Shown here: positions 25,301 to 40,300 of the stretch, one piece after another | Layout of the letters: the number at the start of each line of letters is the position of its first letter | How positions within the stretch are numbered: the first letter of the stretch is position 1 | From: Girardia tigrina | Taxonomy: Eukaryota | NCBI GenBank assembly: GCA_001938485.1 | Contig: MQRK01183260.1 | Coordinates: forward strand, 1 to 54,622 | Length of the DNA: 54,622 nt | Direction of reading: 5' to 3' | The notes under the pieces: model-generated | Seen by the model: the letters and a program-made list of their open reading frames with translations, nothing else | Database searches by the model: none | Told to the model about the DNA's origin: nothing | Program-made: the position numbers and the translations under genes

Positions 25301-28300
25301 TAGATCTTACAATTGTCTTCATTTGCTCTGTGATTAGTTCTTTAATATCGCGAATTAAAACTTTGGTCAATTCCTCGAGGTACGTCTTATGAGAAATTAA
25401 ATCAACCGTGACACCAGTCGAAATCCATGGTACAACGAATTTACGAAATCGACGTAATCCAATTTGTTGAATAGATTTCTTGAATTCCAAAAGTGCTTTT
25501 TGTGATGAGGCTTCACAAGTTATTTGATCATCTCTAGTGACATAGTCGATGTACTTTACTGCAGCTTCCGATTGTAAGTCATTCATCAGACCATTCTAAA
25601 AAGACAGAAATTTATGTTCCTTCAAATACATGGTTTCTCAAAATTTATGCTTTTTTAGTCTTTTAAAAATTCATGTATACTTTAGTACGTAGGTTACGGA
25701 AACTAGTACAAAAGAATTTTAGACATAATATAACAGATTAATAATACAAAAATCTGAATTTGAATGTTTCCAATTACATCTCTTAGAAACTTGTAATTAG
25801 AACAGAGTTGTGGCAAACATCATCAAAACAAATGAATTAATATTACAAAAAATTAAGAGACATTGTAAATATTAAATTTATACATATGTATAATAATTCA
25901 TTTAATAAATATATTATTATGTAAATATACCAGAAATTAAATATTAATCGTAATTATTATGATCAATATATTAATAATTAATCAAAATAATAACATTGAA
26001 AAGAGGACATAAATACACATAACTTTAAAATTCTGTTCCCTCAATTTAATGAGTGAGTGAAATATGAAGCGTTATTTATGGTCTTTGAATCCTAAAATTA
26101 ACGTCCAAAACGCACTCTCGATAACTTTATACCTACCATCCACTTTTTCAACTCGATTGGTTGTAAAATATTCTTACCGCCCACCTAATCTACATTATAT
26201 TGATAATTAATAAAGTAGGAAGGTTTAAACAATCGATAAAGTAGAGTTGAGGAACATTGAAGCATACAAAGCAATGTACCTTGTATGTACAGTATCGCAC
26301 CTACATGGAAATATTTTGTTTATTATTCCCTTAAAGACATGAATAATGGTCTGTTTATTTAAACCGGATAAAGCTATTTCAGAATGTGCATGAGAAAAAA
26401 ACGAAATTCATAGTAAATTTCATACAAAGTTTCTATAATTTGTTTTATTGTATTGAACTACAGCAATGTAAAAGGATTTTAAGTAGTGGTGTAAAAAGTA
26501 ATAGCAAACGATGTGCTTTTAACTCCTTTTGTTCGATGTTTAGTAATAATTCCTATTTATATGAATACACGTACAAAGAAGCAATAAAAACCTACACCAA
26601 CAATAAGTTGGGCGATGAATACAAGGTCAAATAATCTGCACGCATCATCAAGTCTTTTTATAACATTGATTTTTTGTACATCAAAACGCAACATATATCT
26701 GTAAAGCTGGGAATCAAATATGCCAAATAAATAAAAATATTCTTAAATAATATTTTCAACAATATATTATTTGTAAAAGACAATTATATTTGAACTAACA
26801 GGAAAAATCTTTTTTATATTGGAAAAAAATCCTACCGCACACTAAAAACTCCTTACCGCCCAGAAGTGGGTAGTATGGACCAGAATGACTATCACTGCTC
26901 TAGGAGGATCCGAAAGCTGATTTTACACTTTGTTTAATAAAAAAGATGTTTTTAAAAAATCTAATGGTCTAAATTTAATATGTTTTGTATTTGATAAAAC
27001 TTGGCAATGTATTCGCTAAAAATTTCAATTATTCATCGTAGTGACCGGCAGTAAACCAGCGAACTATTTTTTTCAAATTCAGAAATTCAAACATAACATG
27101 TTCTCTATTTTGTTTACAAAAAAATTCCATAAGTTCTGAGCACCGATGACAAGAAAACATTTGAAATCAAACCAGCAAATAAAAAAAATAATTAAAAATC
27201 TAATTCTGATTGAAATTAAACATAAAAACAGATTTTAAAAATTAGTAAAAACACTTGGTTTGATTAGTAAAAGAACGCTTTTGGAATTAGAAACTCTCAG
27301 CAATTTCTCTGTGGATTGTCAAACGGCAAAAATCATCTATTTGTATCGAAATATCATAACCGATTTTACGAACACGTGTTCAATGACAATATCTGCTTAT
27401 TTAAAAATCTTTTTTTATCAAAATTTGCGTTTTTGACAATAACGACAATGTTTGCGGAAACGTTCGAAACATTTCCGGACCTCCAAATTCATAATAATCA
27501 TTTTTATGGCATGTTAGAGTTGATTCGACAGAATAGGAATTTTTGAATTTTATAAGAAATTAGAATGCGAAGAAATTTAACTAATTACTACAGAATATCT
27601 TGAACATTAAAATCAATAAATTGATAAAACTATAAAAAGAAAATTACGAAGTCCAAGTTTATCGTTAACAAGAAAAGTTCCTCAGAAGATTTCGATAAAA
27701 ATTATTTAAAAAATAACAATTAATTATTAAAAAAATTAATGTTAAGTAATGATAATTTTTTGAATTTGTGCAATTGTGTAATTGAAAAAAACGCATCGAT
27801 TGGAAAATATACAATTTTATTATCGATTGTAAAATTATTGTTCTTGTAGAAATTGCGTTGGTAAATTTTATTTTTGTTAATCGATTTTCGTTTTATTCTG
27901 ACGCGTGATTTATACTTCGGGTGTTATAAGTAATGAATCCAATCACGCTAACATGATCTTTTACATTATTCTTCTTCAATATGTTATTGTGACAATATGG
28001 CAAAAAATATAGTTTTGATTACAACTTATAAATTATTCCTTCTTTAGATATTACTAGTAGAAGCAATTGCAGTAGTAGGTACGTACAAAAAACATGAGAC
28101 CTTCAAAAATGGTCGCTTTTCTGTAACAAACAAGCTATTAACGTCATTCTATACGATAAGGAAGATAGGTGGAGGTACCAAGAAAGGACTTACCAACAAG
28201 TCAAGTACTGAGAAAAGATACGTGAGAAAACATTGTAATTTGTGACTAATTTTAGAATTTATAATTTTCTCAATCTATTATTTTCCATCTTTTTCAAATG

Positions 28301-31300
28301 CAGAGAGAAAATAGTGAAAACGACCCCCCTTTGTTATCAACGAAATAACCTTGAGTGAATAATTTATGTATTTGATTTATAAAAAAATAATTTATAAAAC
28401 GAAATAATGTAGACAACAATAGTCACAGTTGCTAACTGAAATTATATCATTTTAGTGTTAATTAAATCATTTAGGCAACAAATAATTTAGAAATTTCCCT
28501 AAATAATTTTTACACCAGTAAGTCTTACCAATTGTCGTTCGTACGCCAAACAACGCGCCGCTTGCGCTTTATCAATCATTAATTTTGATCCCATTATAGC
28601 ACTCCATAATTCCGTTTCAGTCACACTTCTTAGTAATTTATTTTTCCTCTCATTTGTTATCATCCGATTGGCACAAGCTATTTTACAAGCTTTTTTTAAA
28701 CAACGTCTTATACTTTCTTCAACCCTCCACCATTCATGACCAGATTCTCTTCTTTTAATCTCATCTTCGAAATCTGCATATTTTGGGATATGGGTTTTAA
28801 TAGGCTAAAAAAGCAAAATTTAATTTTGTTAAAAAATATCAAAAATATACAAAAGATTTATCAAACTTATTTCAAATAAAATTTTATTGTCTGTTTTTTT
28901 AATATTTTAATAAATAACTTAGGAAAACATGAAGTATAAAGTTTATATACAAACAAAAAAAGAAGAGTAATTTATTTTATTTATTTATTTATTTACCCAA
29001 ATTAAATTTCTGTGAAAGATTTTTTCATATTCAACGTATAGAAATATTTAATAGCATTACTCCTATATAATAAAATATAGAAATAATTGATGGAACTAGA
29101 ATTAGTGAGTAAATTATTGAAGGGTTAAGAAAGACTTAACATGTTTGAGTAATGAGAGGATGAATTTAAGATAATTCGGAGTTCTTTCATTCAATTTTAA
29201 AGAGAAAATTTATTTGTACAGGCATATTTATCAATGTTTTAAAATATGTTCAATCTTCTATCAATAGCTGTGAGAAAATTATATCACCCTTATAAATATT
29301 AAATTGTCGAATAACCTCACACAATTACAATGGGGGCAGTTTTAATTGCATAATGAGAAAAAAAGACATGAAATATAGAGAATAATTTATTTCAATAGGA
29401 ATTTGTACCTCCCTTAGCTCGCGAAAGTTGTTTCACACGGCGACACATGCTTTCAGGTACACCAGAACAAAAGTTACGTATGACAGAGGAGGAAAACCAT
29501 ATTTCCTGACATGTTTCCCACAATGCCTCCTTGGGAACATTTCGTTTTCGAACCTCACGTTTCAACAGGTTCCAGACTGTCTCTATCAGATTTATGTCTG
29601 GGCTGTTTCCAGGCCAAGAAAACTCGGTTACTCCATTGTCCTCCAAGTGTGATCGCGTTTTTCTTGAGGTGTGGCATGGTGCGTGGTCTTTTTGGAAGAC
29701 CCACTCCTCAGTGCCATACCAGTTCTCCGCCTGTGGGAGAAGACGGGTGTCAATGTTGGGATGCTATTGACCATTCCACCCTGTGTATATATCAAGGTCC
29801 TCTGCTGGAGATGCATCCTTAGAATATCATTCGACGAGGATATTCTTGACGACTTTGTACATGTCCTTGCTGAATCATATCTCTAGTACTTCTTCGAAAA
29901 AATTGGCTCCTGTGGCGACCTGCTTCCATTATTGTCTCATCGGTGAAGACAACCTACAATGAAACCAGATCAAGATATGATGATCCATGTAATACGAATA
30001 ATAGAATTTTATTACTGTACTCATTACAGTATTTATGTTACTCCATTTGTCCGCTGTCCAGTGCGCATACTGTTTGACCCACTGAAGTCGTTGTGCCATC
30101 ATTCGATTTGTGAGCAATGGAACCCTCTTTGGTCGATAGGTGAATCGTCATGCATGTTGCAAATGCTCTCGAATTCAACGTGCTGATACATTAGATGCAG
30201 GCTCGCTAATTGTTTCTTTCATTTCCACTGATGTCATTTTCGGACCCATCTTGCTGAGTATGATGATTCGAATTGAAAGGCGGTCTCCAATGAGCATTTT
30301 TCTATTACACCGGCGTTTCTTCTGATTTGCAATGCCCCCAGTCTGTTGATGTTGTTTTAGCAGACGGGACACTGCAGATTGGGAGCAGCCATATTTATAG
30401 CAATTTCAACTTGTACTTTGGATGTGAGGGTAGCCAAAGCACTATCTGTGTACGCTGTGTACCAGTCAAGTTCATGATAATGGCAATTCTTGGAACTTTT
30501 AGAAAAAAACTTAAAATAGAATTATGATGTCATTTTGGCACCCTTTACAATTGAATTGTTTGATTAATGTATACTGCAAGTAGACACATCGACTTAATCA
30601 TTTTTACAACACATTAACAAGGAAAATGTTATAATATATGAATTTTCAGGATTATACAAATAAAACCGCCCCCATTGCAACTTGAAGTAATAAAAGCTTA
30701 TATTTTAGTTTAAAAAAATAATATTGTAATTTTTTCAATGGTGAGCTTGATAAATCATAAGGAAAATGTTTATAAATCGTTTTAATAGCACTTTAAATAT
30801 GATTTTCAAAATATTAAACTTTTGTAATATATACGTACTGATGAAGGTTAAATAAAATCTCATAAAAAATAATTATTTATTCTTACTAGTAAAATATGAA
30901 CTGGAGGTTGAGCATTCTCATCTTTCACAAACCACTTAGAAAATACCGATGCTTCCTTTGGGAAATTTTCTAAAATAATTTTATAAAGCATTTCAAATTC
31001 AGAGCTCGGCAATTCATTTGGAACGGGTCGATATCCATATCGGTTGCCAATTAAAAGCTAAAATAATAAATTAATAATAAAATAACTGTTATAATGCAGT
31101 CATAATTTTAATTGTTTTGACTGATGAAAAAAAAGTTATAAGTGATTCTTTACGTTGATTAATTTAAAATATATATTTCTTGCTATCAAAAACTTAATTG
31201 TATCAAGAAAAACACGAATAAATAAAAATTAAATTTAAGAAACAATTTAAAAAGAGAATTCGAAAAATTTTTGTACAATAGTGCAAAAAATGATGCCATA

Positions 31301-34300
31301 ATCTCAGAAAATATAATAAATCCTTGTAATAATATTAGAAAGGAGAAATTGAAAGAAGCACAAGAAACGTTCGATATTTAACAGAATCGTTTGACAATCA
31401 GCCTAGGAAATCAGAAAGTTACCCTTCATTAAGAGCTATATAAAGGTAAACATTCCAAATTTCTAAATCGTACAGTTTCTACTTAGTTTCATCATATATA
31501 TTTGCTTAAAGATGCCGTTCCTTTCTTTAAAATATCTTTAGAGTTTGGCCATATTTTTGCGTTGTTTATCATCCACTCAAATTTTTAAATTATGGGAAGA
31601 TTGAGAGAATTGATTATTTCTTAAATAATATTTTACAAAAGAAAGTCTTAAAAGATATTCAGGTGTTCTCAACTCCTTGGATAAAACTTATTTTAGTTAC
31701 GTTGATGAAAAATGACAAATAAACAAATCTCACAAAAGAGTAATTTCAATTAAATTTTCAAACATTTTTTAGTTTGTCTGTTGATGCTCGCGAGCTTATA
31801 GATTTTTAAAATACCGTAAAATATAAATTATTTAAAGAGATTATTATTTAAAAGTGTTAATAACTATTAAAATATTATTTAAGATAAATAATCATTTAAT
31901 AAATAGTTAATAAGTTAAAAAAATATAACGTTATAAGATATAGATTTTAAAATTTTAATAAACATAAAATAATGTTTTAATAAGAAATAAGAATTTAAAA
32001 TTAATAAGTTGCAATAAGGTTTTAATAAAAATATAAAGAATTTAAATTTAATAATTTACGAAGATTTTAATAAAAAAATAAGAATTTAATAATACTAAAA
32101 TTATTAAGTTGAAATAAAGTTTTTAATAAAATATATTTACATAAATTTAAGATGATTATAAAATTATATTTATATTTATTCTTCTTTCTGATTCGTACAA
32201 AATAAGAAAAGAAGAAAAGAAAACATTACTCTCGAGTTAAACAACCCATGCTCAGAATGGTAGTCACTCCAGAGAACAGTCCTCACCGTCGGTACAGCAG
32301 TCAACGTTAAATCGCATCTGTATTGTGAATTTCAAAGGGTTCAATATTTTAAAGGAAAGTCGCTTTAAAGGTTATTACAGAATCAAATGTCATAAACTGA
32401 CGGTCAATCATAAACAAAACCAGGTTTCAAAATCAACAGAACTCATTAATCGACATTGAGTTGATGAAAACTGGCAAACCGTATGGCTCTCAGATGAGGC
32501 TACCTTCAATGTAACACCTGCTTTGAACAGAATAAACACCTCTATCGAGCAAAATTGATTTAAAAATCGTTTTTGTTATAGAAATATATTTTTACGTGTT
32601 ATGACTTAAATTAATGATTTCGAACCTAACAATGTCAAATAGTTTTTTCAACTTAAGTGCTTCCCAACAAATAAGTGTTCCCAACATTTGCTGATAGCCT
32701 TTGCAGATTCATAATAATTCTTTGAAGAATTATAATTCCAAATCGACGGCATCAATTTTTACTTTAAATCAAAGATAAATTTTCTGATATTCAAAATGTT
32801 GGAAATCCAATTATTTTGCAGATTTAGAAATTAGCTACGGTAAAACAAAATATGAAGATAGCCTGCTTAAAAACAGAGTAGTACTTAAAATACTGTTAAA
32901 TGACCCCAAAATGCCTGCCTATTGAAGATCTAAAATTTGTTTGACATAAAGAGACTCGGAAACTAAAGTGAACATTAAGATCTTTCATACGCAGGAATTC
33001 GTTATTTATTTCGGGACTTAACACATAAACTATCGAGAATTTTTTATATTACATGGTGTCAAGGAGAAAATCAAAGAATTTTATGAAACCAAAGTGTATT
33101 TAATTAAACATGTGATAAAGGCAAACAATTATATTTACATAAATAAGCTTGCTGTTCAGAGGTGTTCAAAATGTCCTCCGTCCTTGTTGCAACACTTTCG
33201 AGGACGTGGAATCCAGGAAGCTCTGGCCTTGAGAATTACTTCCATGCCGATGTTCTGTTATGCGAGTAGTAAAGCACTTTTAAGTTCATCAACGGTGTTA
33301 ATAACGCTGTGTACTGCTTGCGAGTTTTGAAGAAAAATTTACCAGATGCTATAGTCCATAACATTCAGGTCGGGACTTTTAGATGGCCACTCAGAAGGCC
33401 TGATGAACTGAGGTGTGTTCTTCACTAACCAGTTAACTGTAACCGTAGCCGCATGAGGTTTAGCCTCGTCTGGTTGCCAAATTCATTCTTCAGCGTCCAT
33501 TACATCACTGATATCCCTAAACATCAAGGGACACATCTCATCACGATATACAGTCTGGTCGATTGTTTTCTTCTTTCCTTTTGAAAGAACCATATTGTCT
33601 TTACCTTCAGAGAATCCATCGAGGAAACATAACTCAGTTTTCTCATGTCAAGATACACTGGTATAGGTCATTATTGAGGGTTCTTGTTTATCAACTTCCA
33701 AACTCATGTTTAGATATCTCAGTTTATATTTAGACTGCTCGATAGAGGTGTTCATTCTGTTCAAAGCAGGCGTTATATTGAACGTAGCCTCATCTGAGAG
33801 CCATACGGTTTGCCAGTTTTCATCAACTCAATGTCGATTAATGAGTTCTGTTGATTTTGAAACCCAGTTTTATTTATGATTGACCGTCAGTTTTTGACAT
33901 TTGATTCTGCAAAAACCTTTAAAGCGACTTTCCTTTAAAATATTGAACCCTTTGAAATACACAATACAGATGCGATTTAACGTTGACTGCTGTACCGACG
34001 GTGAGGACTGTTCGCTGGAGTGACTACCATTCTGAGAATGGCTTGTTTAACTCGAGAGTAATGTTTTCGTTTTCTACTTGTTCCTTTCTTACGCATTAAA
34101 GCAGCGGTCACACCAATATTCTTCAGTTTATTACACACAGCATAAAACTAATTTGCAATAATATCAACAAACACTGGAAAGAACTTCGGTGCACTTTTGC
34201 AAGCCCAAAGTAGGATGTTCCTTTTTAAATAGAGAAATTACATTGCGTTGAAAATCAGTCAACTGTGGAGTCATTTTCTAAAGAAAAAAATAAATAATGA

Positions 34301-37300
34301 AATATATCATGTGCTATATAATTATAGGACAGAAATATTAACCAATCAGGGGTAGTCAATCACGTATTTATCGCGTGCTTAATTAAAGAAATAAAATGCT
34401 TTCGTTTTCTGCTGTATATAAATACCGATCACTGGTGACTCCCACGGCAGTCCACCTGTTAATTTCACAAAGTAAGAATTATTTTGATAGAAACTACATT
34501 GCAACAGAAAACTGCAGCTGGATAAAAATTGTACAATTTTGATAAACTATTTATAGGTACTATTAAGATTGAATGTGAATATATAACGTGGTTGATATTT
34601 CAATTTCTTGAGTATGAAGGCTTCAATATTGACCGAATTTTCATGTGACTTTACAGTTAATAAATTTGCAAAACCGTGTTTTTACAAAGTAAAATAACTA
34701 TAGTCTGTAAATGAAAAAAGTATTATGATTATTGTCTAAGTAAAAATTTTTGAGTGAACAAATTTTTACTACAAAAAATGGTCCAATCGACATTTTTCGG
34801 CATGTTTCGATTTCTTTGATGCATAATTTTTCAACCAAATGTTCATTTACTGCAGAATCTGTTATGCCCCATCTCATATCACACAATCTCAGATTCAAAC
34901 CATAATCATTACATGTAGATCGAAGTTCAGGCAGCACTTGTTTGACGAATGCGTTTCTCTCAACCTATAAATATATGATTAAGAAAAGACTATAAAACTC
35001 CAAAATATACTATAGATATATGTATTATTAAGAACACAAATTTTAATATTTTTATAAACATAACAAGTTTGTTTGTCCTCAAGACAATTTTTATCAAAAC
35101 TTTCGTACGATTGCATTCTAACTAATTGATTAATGACTTTAATCTTATTTGAGCAAATGGAGAATTATATAAATTGTTAAAATATTTATTCCAAAATTTT
35201 ATTGGTTAAAATTTAAATGATTATTTATTATTTAAAAAAATATTAATTTAATTTATTTATTTAAATTTGTAAATAAAATTAATTAACTTATTTAAAATTA
35301 TACAATTATTTTAAATTATAAATAAATATTACATATTTTCAGATAATAAGAATTAAAGTATTAATAAGCCATCTGGATAAGAGAGACAATGCCCAAATCA
35401 ATATAAAAAATTCAAACACAAAACACCATCAATGTGTGAAGTGCACAGGTCTCAAATATTTCACTTCACAGAAAGCTACTTTTTTCTGAAGCAAAACACA
35501 ATGCGTGGGAAGCGCTTATCTGATGACCTTGTGCGTGTCATTTACAGTGACCTTTCCATCTCTGTCCATGCTGCTCACAGTGCCCTTCATCGTCGAGTGT
35601 CTCATTCTACGCAACAGAAGAAGAAAGAACTTGGATATCCACAAGTCACAACAAGTGAAACTGACCACCACATTCGTCTAGTCATGAAGCGAGAACGATT
35701 CCGCAGTACAACCAGTTTGGCCCGTGAGTTTGGAATTGGCCGGTTGTCCATAAATCGCCGTGGAAATGAGACTGGAGTTTCCTCATGGATCGTAGTAAAA
35801 GACTACCTTACCCAACGACATAAAATAGCCAGACGGAATTGGTGTCGCTCTCATTACCACACAGACATCCGTGCGTGGTTTATCTCGGATTAAATCTCTT
35901 TTGAGCTCGCGGACTGTAGTGCACAAAGGCGTGTTTTTTTTCATCGACGGACACATGAAAAGTTTGCCCCATGTTGTGTTATACCTGTTTCACTAAAAAT
36001 TCGTCAAGAACTGATGGTCTAGTGGTGTATCGCGAGTAATGGTGACGAAACATTGTACTTCATTGATGGCAACATGACTGCTACACACTACACAACTATG
36101 TTAGAGGCATAACTTGTGCCTTTCCTTTAAGATCTTCCACTCAATCTACCGGCGTCATGGGTTTCGACAAGACAACGTATCACCACGTTCAATTCAATTA
36201 AACGATAAAGAAGTTTACTCAATCGTCTCAGTTGTAAATGCTCATTAACCCTAGTTTTGAGATGAAGATTTGTCTCTCCAATGTACGAATTTCGATATAA
36301 CTTTTCAATAGCCGATATACCATTTTAAACCGTTAATGACCGGGGATATGTATTTGTGATCACCATGCGTCTTACCGCTAGTGATTGGATGTCAGTTTTT
36401 AAGATCGTGTTTCTGTCCACCATTGGTAACCGGGTTTGCGAGATTTAATTAAAAAATTTCAAAAAATAAAAACGATTAATATAAAATATACACAAGAAAA
36501 AAGAAAATGACAATGACTTATGTATTTGGATACATAATTAGTAAAATAAATAATTAAATAATAATAATATATTTTTGAAAATTCAATCAAATTAATAATC
36601 TTAAATGTCAATAATGTTAAAATTTTCACTTTGTGTGGTTTAATAGTAATCGAAAATATTAGTCTGACAATTTCTGAATACTACAACCATTAGTGTCAAA
36701 AGAATAGAAAAATGACATTGTTGATTCTAGATGACACAAAAATATTTTTTTAACAAAAGATAATTAAATTAAATCTATTAACATAAATCTCAAATATGAA
36801 ATAATGAATTTGTAAATAATTTAAAAAACAATGAAAATTTTAAATCATTAAAAAATTTTGACGGTGATTTTTTCGAAATTTATTTTTATAATTAATTGTT
36901 ATCGTCACACTAAATTATTATTATTATCTTTTCAGCATATGTTTGAAAATGATGATTATGTTATAAAGCTTCTTTTTAAAATTTTTTTAACACAAAAGTT
37001 AAGTGTGAAGCTTGATTATTAATTTTCAGTTCAATTTTTCATTCTAATAAAGACTTCATATGTCATTGTCTCCCAATAATTTTTAAATTGATAACACATT
37101 ATTAGGAGAGAGTGATGCGTGAGATCAATTTTTAAGATCGATTTTTCTGAAAATTAATATTCAAGCTTTAGATTCAACTTTCTGTAAACCATTTTCAAAT
37201 AGAACCAAATGTACTTATGTGTATCTTATAGTACTTTTCATGCCCATATAAGAAATGGCTTCAGATTTGCTCCATCGTGTATACATGATCAAAAATACAT

Positions 37301-40300
37301 ATCATCGGTCATTAAAGTCTTAAAATGGTATATCGGCTATTGAAAATTTATATCGAAATTCGTACATTGGAGAGACAAATCTTCATCTCAAAACTAGGGT
37401 TAATGAGCATTTACAACTGAGACGATTGAGTAAACTTCTTTATCGTTTAATTGAATTGAATGTGGTGATACGTTGTCTTGTCGAAACTCATGACGCTAGG
37501 AGATGGAGTGGAAGATCTTAAATGAAAGGTACAAGTTATGCCTCTAACATAGTTGTGTAGTGTGTAGCAGTCATGTTGCCATCAATGAAGTACAATGTTT
37601 TGTCACCATTACTCGCGATACACCCCTAAACCATCAGTTTTTGACGAATGTTTATTGAAACAGGTATAACACAACATGGGGCAAACTTTTCATGTGTCCG
37701 TCGATGAAAAAAACACGCCTTTGTGTACTACAGTCCGAGAGCTCAAAAGAGCTTTAATCCGAGATAAACTACGCACTGATGTCTGTGTGGTACCTATATG
37801 AAGTACCTATACGCCGTATATATACTATATGAAGTAATTATACGCCGTATAGGTACTAAGAAATCGAATATTTTTTCTTTCCTAATAATGTAATTTACGG
37901 CTAATGGCTACCTTTAGGTCTTTTTTATCGTGAGATCATCATAACACAAAAATTCAAGGATAAATATACCCGATAAATCTAAACATGCTTATATACACTC
38001 AAATAATTTGGATTATCTTGTTATTGATATTGTTGGTTTTAATTACTTTTTAAAATATTTTTCGTTAAATATCCCTTTGTGACTATTATTTTTATTGTTT
38101 TAGACAATTTTAGTTGTTTTCTGAGATTTTTGAACGCAGATCGAAATTAATGTGTAAAAATGTCGAAACAGTATTGAAATATTTTGTAATATCTGCGGTG
38201 TATTCACTTCTAAAACTCAGAAAATTATTATGACTTTTCTAGTTAGGAAGAGCTATAAGCTCTATTTCGGATTTAATGTTGGAGAACTGAACAAATCATG
38301 GGTTCCTCGTGTTTGCTGTACCTGTGTTGAAACATCAGAACATGACTTAAAGGTACTAAGAACTCCATGCGTTTTCCATTCCTATGGTATGGCATGAGCC
38401 TAAGGATCATGTGACAGAAAGTTATTTCTGCTAACAAAGGTTTCTGGATTTTCTGCAAAGAATAAGAAGTTCATCATGTATCCCAATTTAACATCGGAAA
38501 TGAGATATGTATAACACAAAAAATCTCTTCCTATGCCCAAAACTCCATAGACCTTAGCCGTTTTGGACGAAGAAGAATATAACGATGTTGCAGTGAGAAA
38601 CATGGAAAAGGTTGGTGATATCAATAATACAAACTTTAAGCCTTCCACTTTAAGAAGTCCTCATTTCTATTAACCAATCTGATTTAAACGATGTCATTAG
38701 AGATTTGAGATGGTCAAAGAGAGATGCTGAATTACTGAGTTCAATGTTGCCAGAATGGAATCTTCTATCACCTAGATCCATTTCAGTTTTTCGCAACCTT
38801 CAAAAAACTTTAAACTCGGCAAACTCGGACAGTTGCAATATTTGTTTCTGCACAAACATTGATGGATTATTAGGAAAGTTCTCAGAGACCAAAATTTTGA
38901 TGGATTGTTACAAGAAGTTGAGTAATTGCATGGAATGCGTTTAAGGATGTAGTCCAGAATTTCCTCGGTAACAACAAGGTTCTAAACTATGTACAGTTAG
39001 TTTAACATACGATCAAAGCATACATGTAGATTAAATGTAACATGGCCCTCAAATTACATTTCCTACACTCGCAACTCGACTTCTTTCAAACAAATCTTGG
39101 TGATGTTAGTGACGAACACAGAGGAAGATTTCACAAGGACATTATCGTAATAGAGAAAAAGTTTCATGGGAACTGGGATGAATCTAAGGTATATGGCTAC
39201 AGCTGGAATCTAATCAAGGACAAATCAGACAATGCTTCTATTAAGAACAACAATATGACTTTTAATATTTTTATTAATAATACAAGTTTGATTGTCCTCC
39301 AGACAATCTTTGTCAAAGCATACGTAAAAATGCATCCGTCTGATTAATTAATGACTTTAACCTTATTATCTGAGTAAATGAAGATTATATAAATTGTTAA
39401 AATACTGTTTTCAAATTTTATTGGTTAAAAATTAAAATAAATAATAATTATTTAAAAAATATTAATTCAATGTATTTATTTAAAAATTGTAAATAAAATA
39501 AATCAACTTATTTAAAAATTTATAATTATTTTAAATTAGAAATAAATTCAAACATTACATATTTTTAGATAATAAGATTTAAAATATTAATCAGTCATTT
39601 GATTGGGAGAGACACAATTCCAAATCAACATACAACATTCAAAGACAAAACATCAAACATTCCAAATATTCTTCACGGCCTTCAAGATAAAATCTTTTGT
39701 AAAACATTTTAAAATTTATATTAAAAATATAATATTTTACTGCAACAGGAATTTTTTTGTGTTTCCTGGGTGTTCGCTAAATAATTATATATGATTAATA
39801 TTAAGAACAGCAATATGGGTTTTTGAACATTTATTTTCAATACAATTTGAATTGTCCTTTGGACAACTCTCAGCAAATCTTTCAGAATTTGACATCGTTC
39901 TACATTGATAAATTTTTGTTAATGTTTTTTAATAAACAATTATTCGAACAAATTTTTCATTATTTTCAGATTTGATTTTTAGAGTTCAAATTTTGTAATT
40001 TTAGTCATAATTTTATCTACATATTAATTTTATTTAAAAAATGATTTTATGTAAAGAAAGAACATTTATTTAATTTAATACTTAGTTAAAGCAATTTACT
40101 AAGTACTTTATTTAAATTTGTAATATTAAAATTTGAAACGATTTAATATTTTTAAAGTTTTTTAAATATCTGATGCTGTACTTTAAAATGCAAATTATAC
40201 TCGAATAATTATTCATCGTGAACACCCAAAATATCAATTTTCCATCTGGGTGGGAGAAACACATTTCCAAATACTAAATTCAACATACAAAATTCAACAT

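Noticed and set aside
31779-32200. Third family B element starting TGTTGATGC
   Set aside because: Only weak similarity to the left end; no right terminus or TSD.
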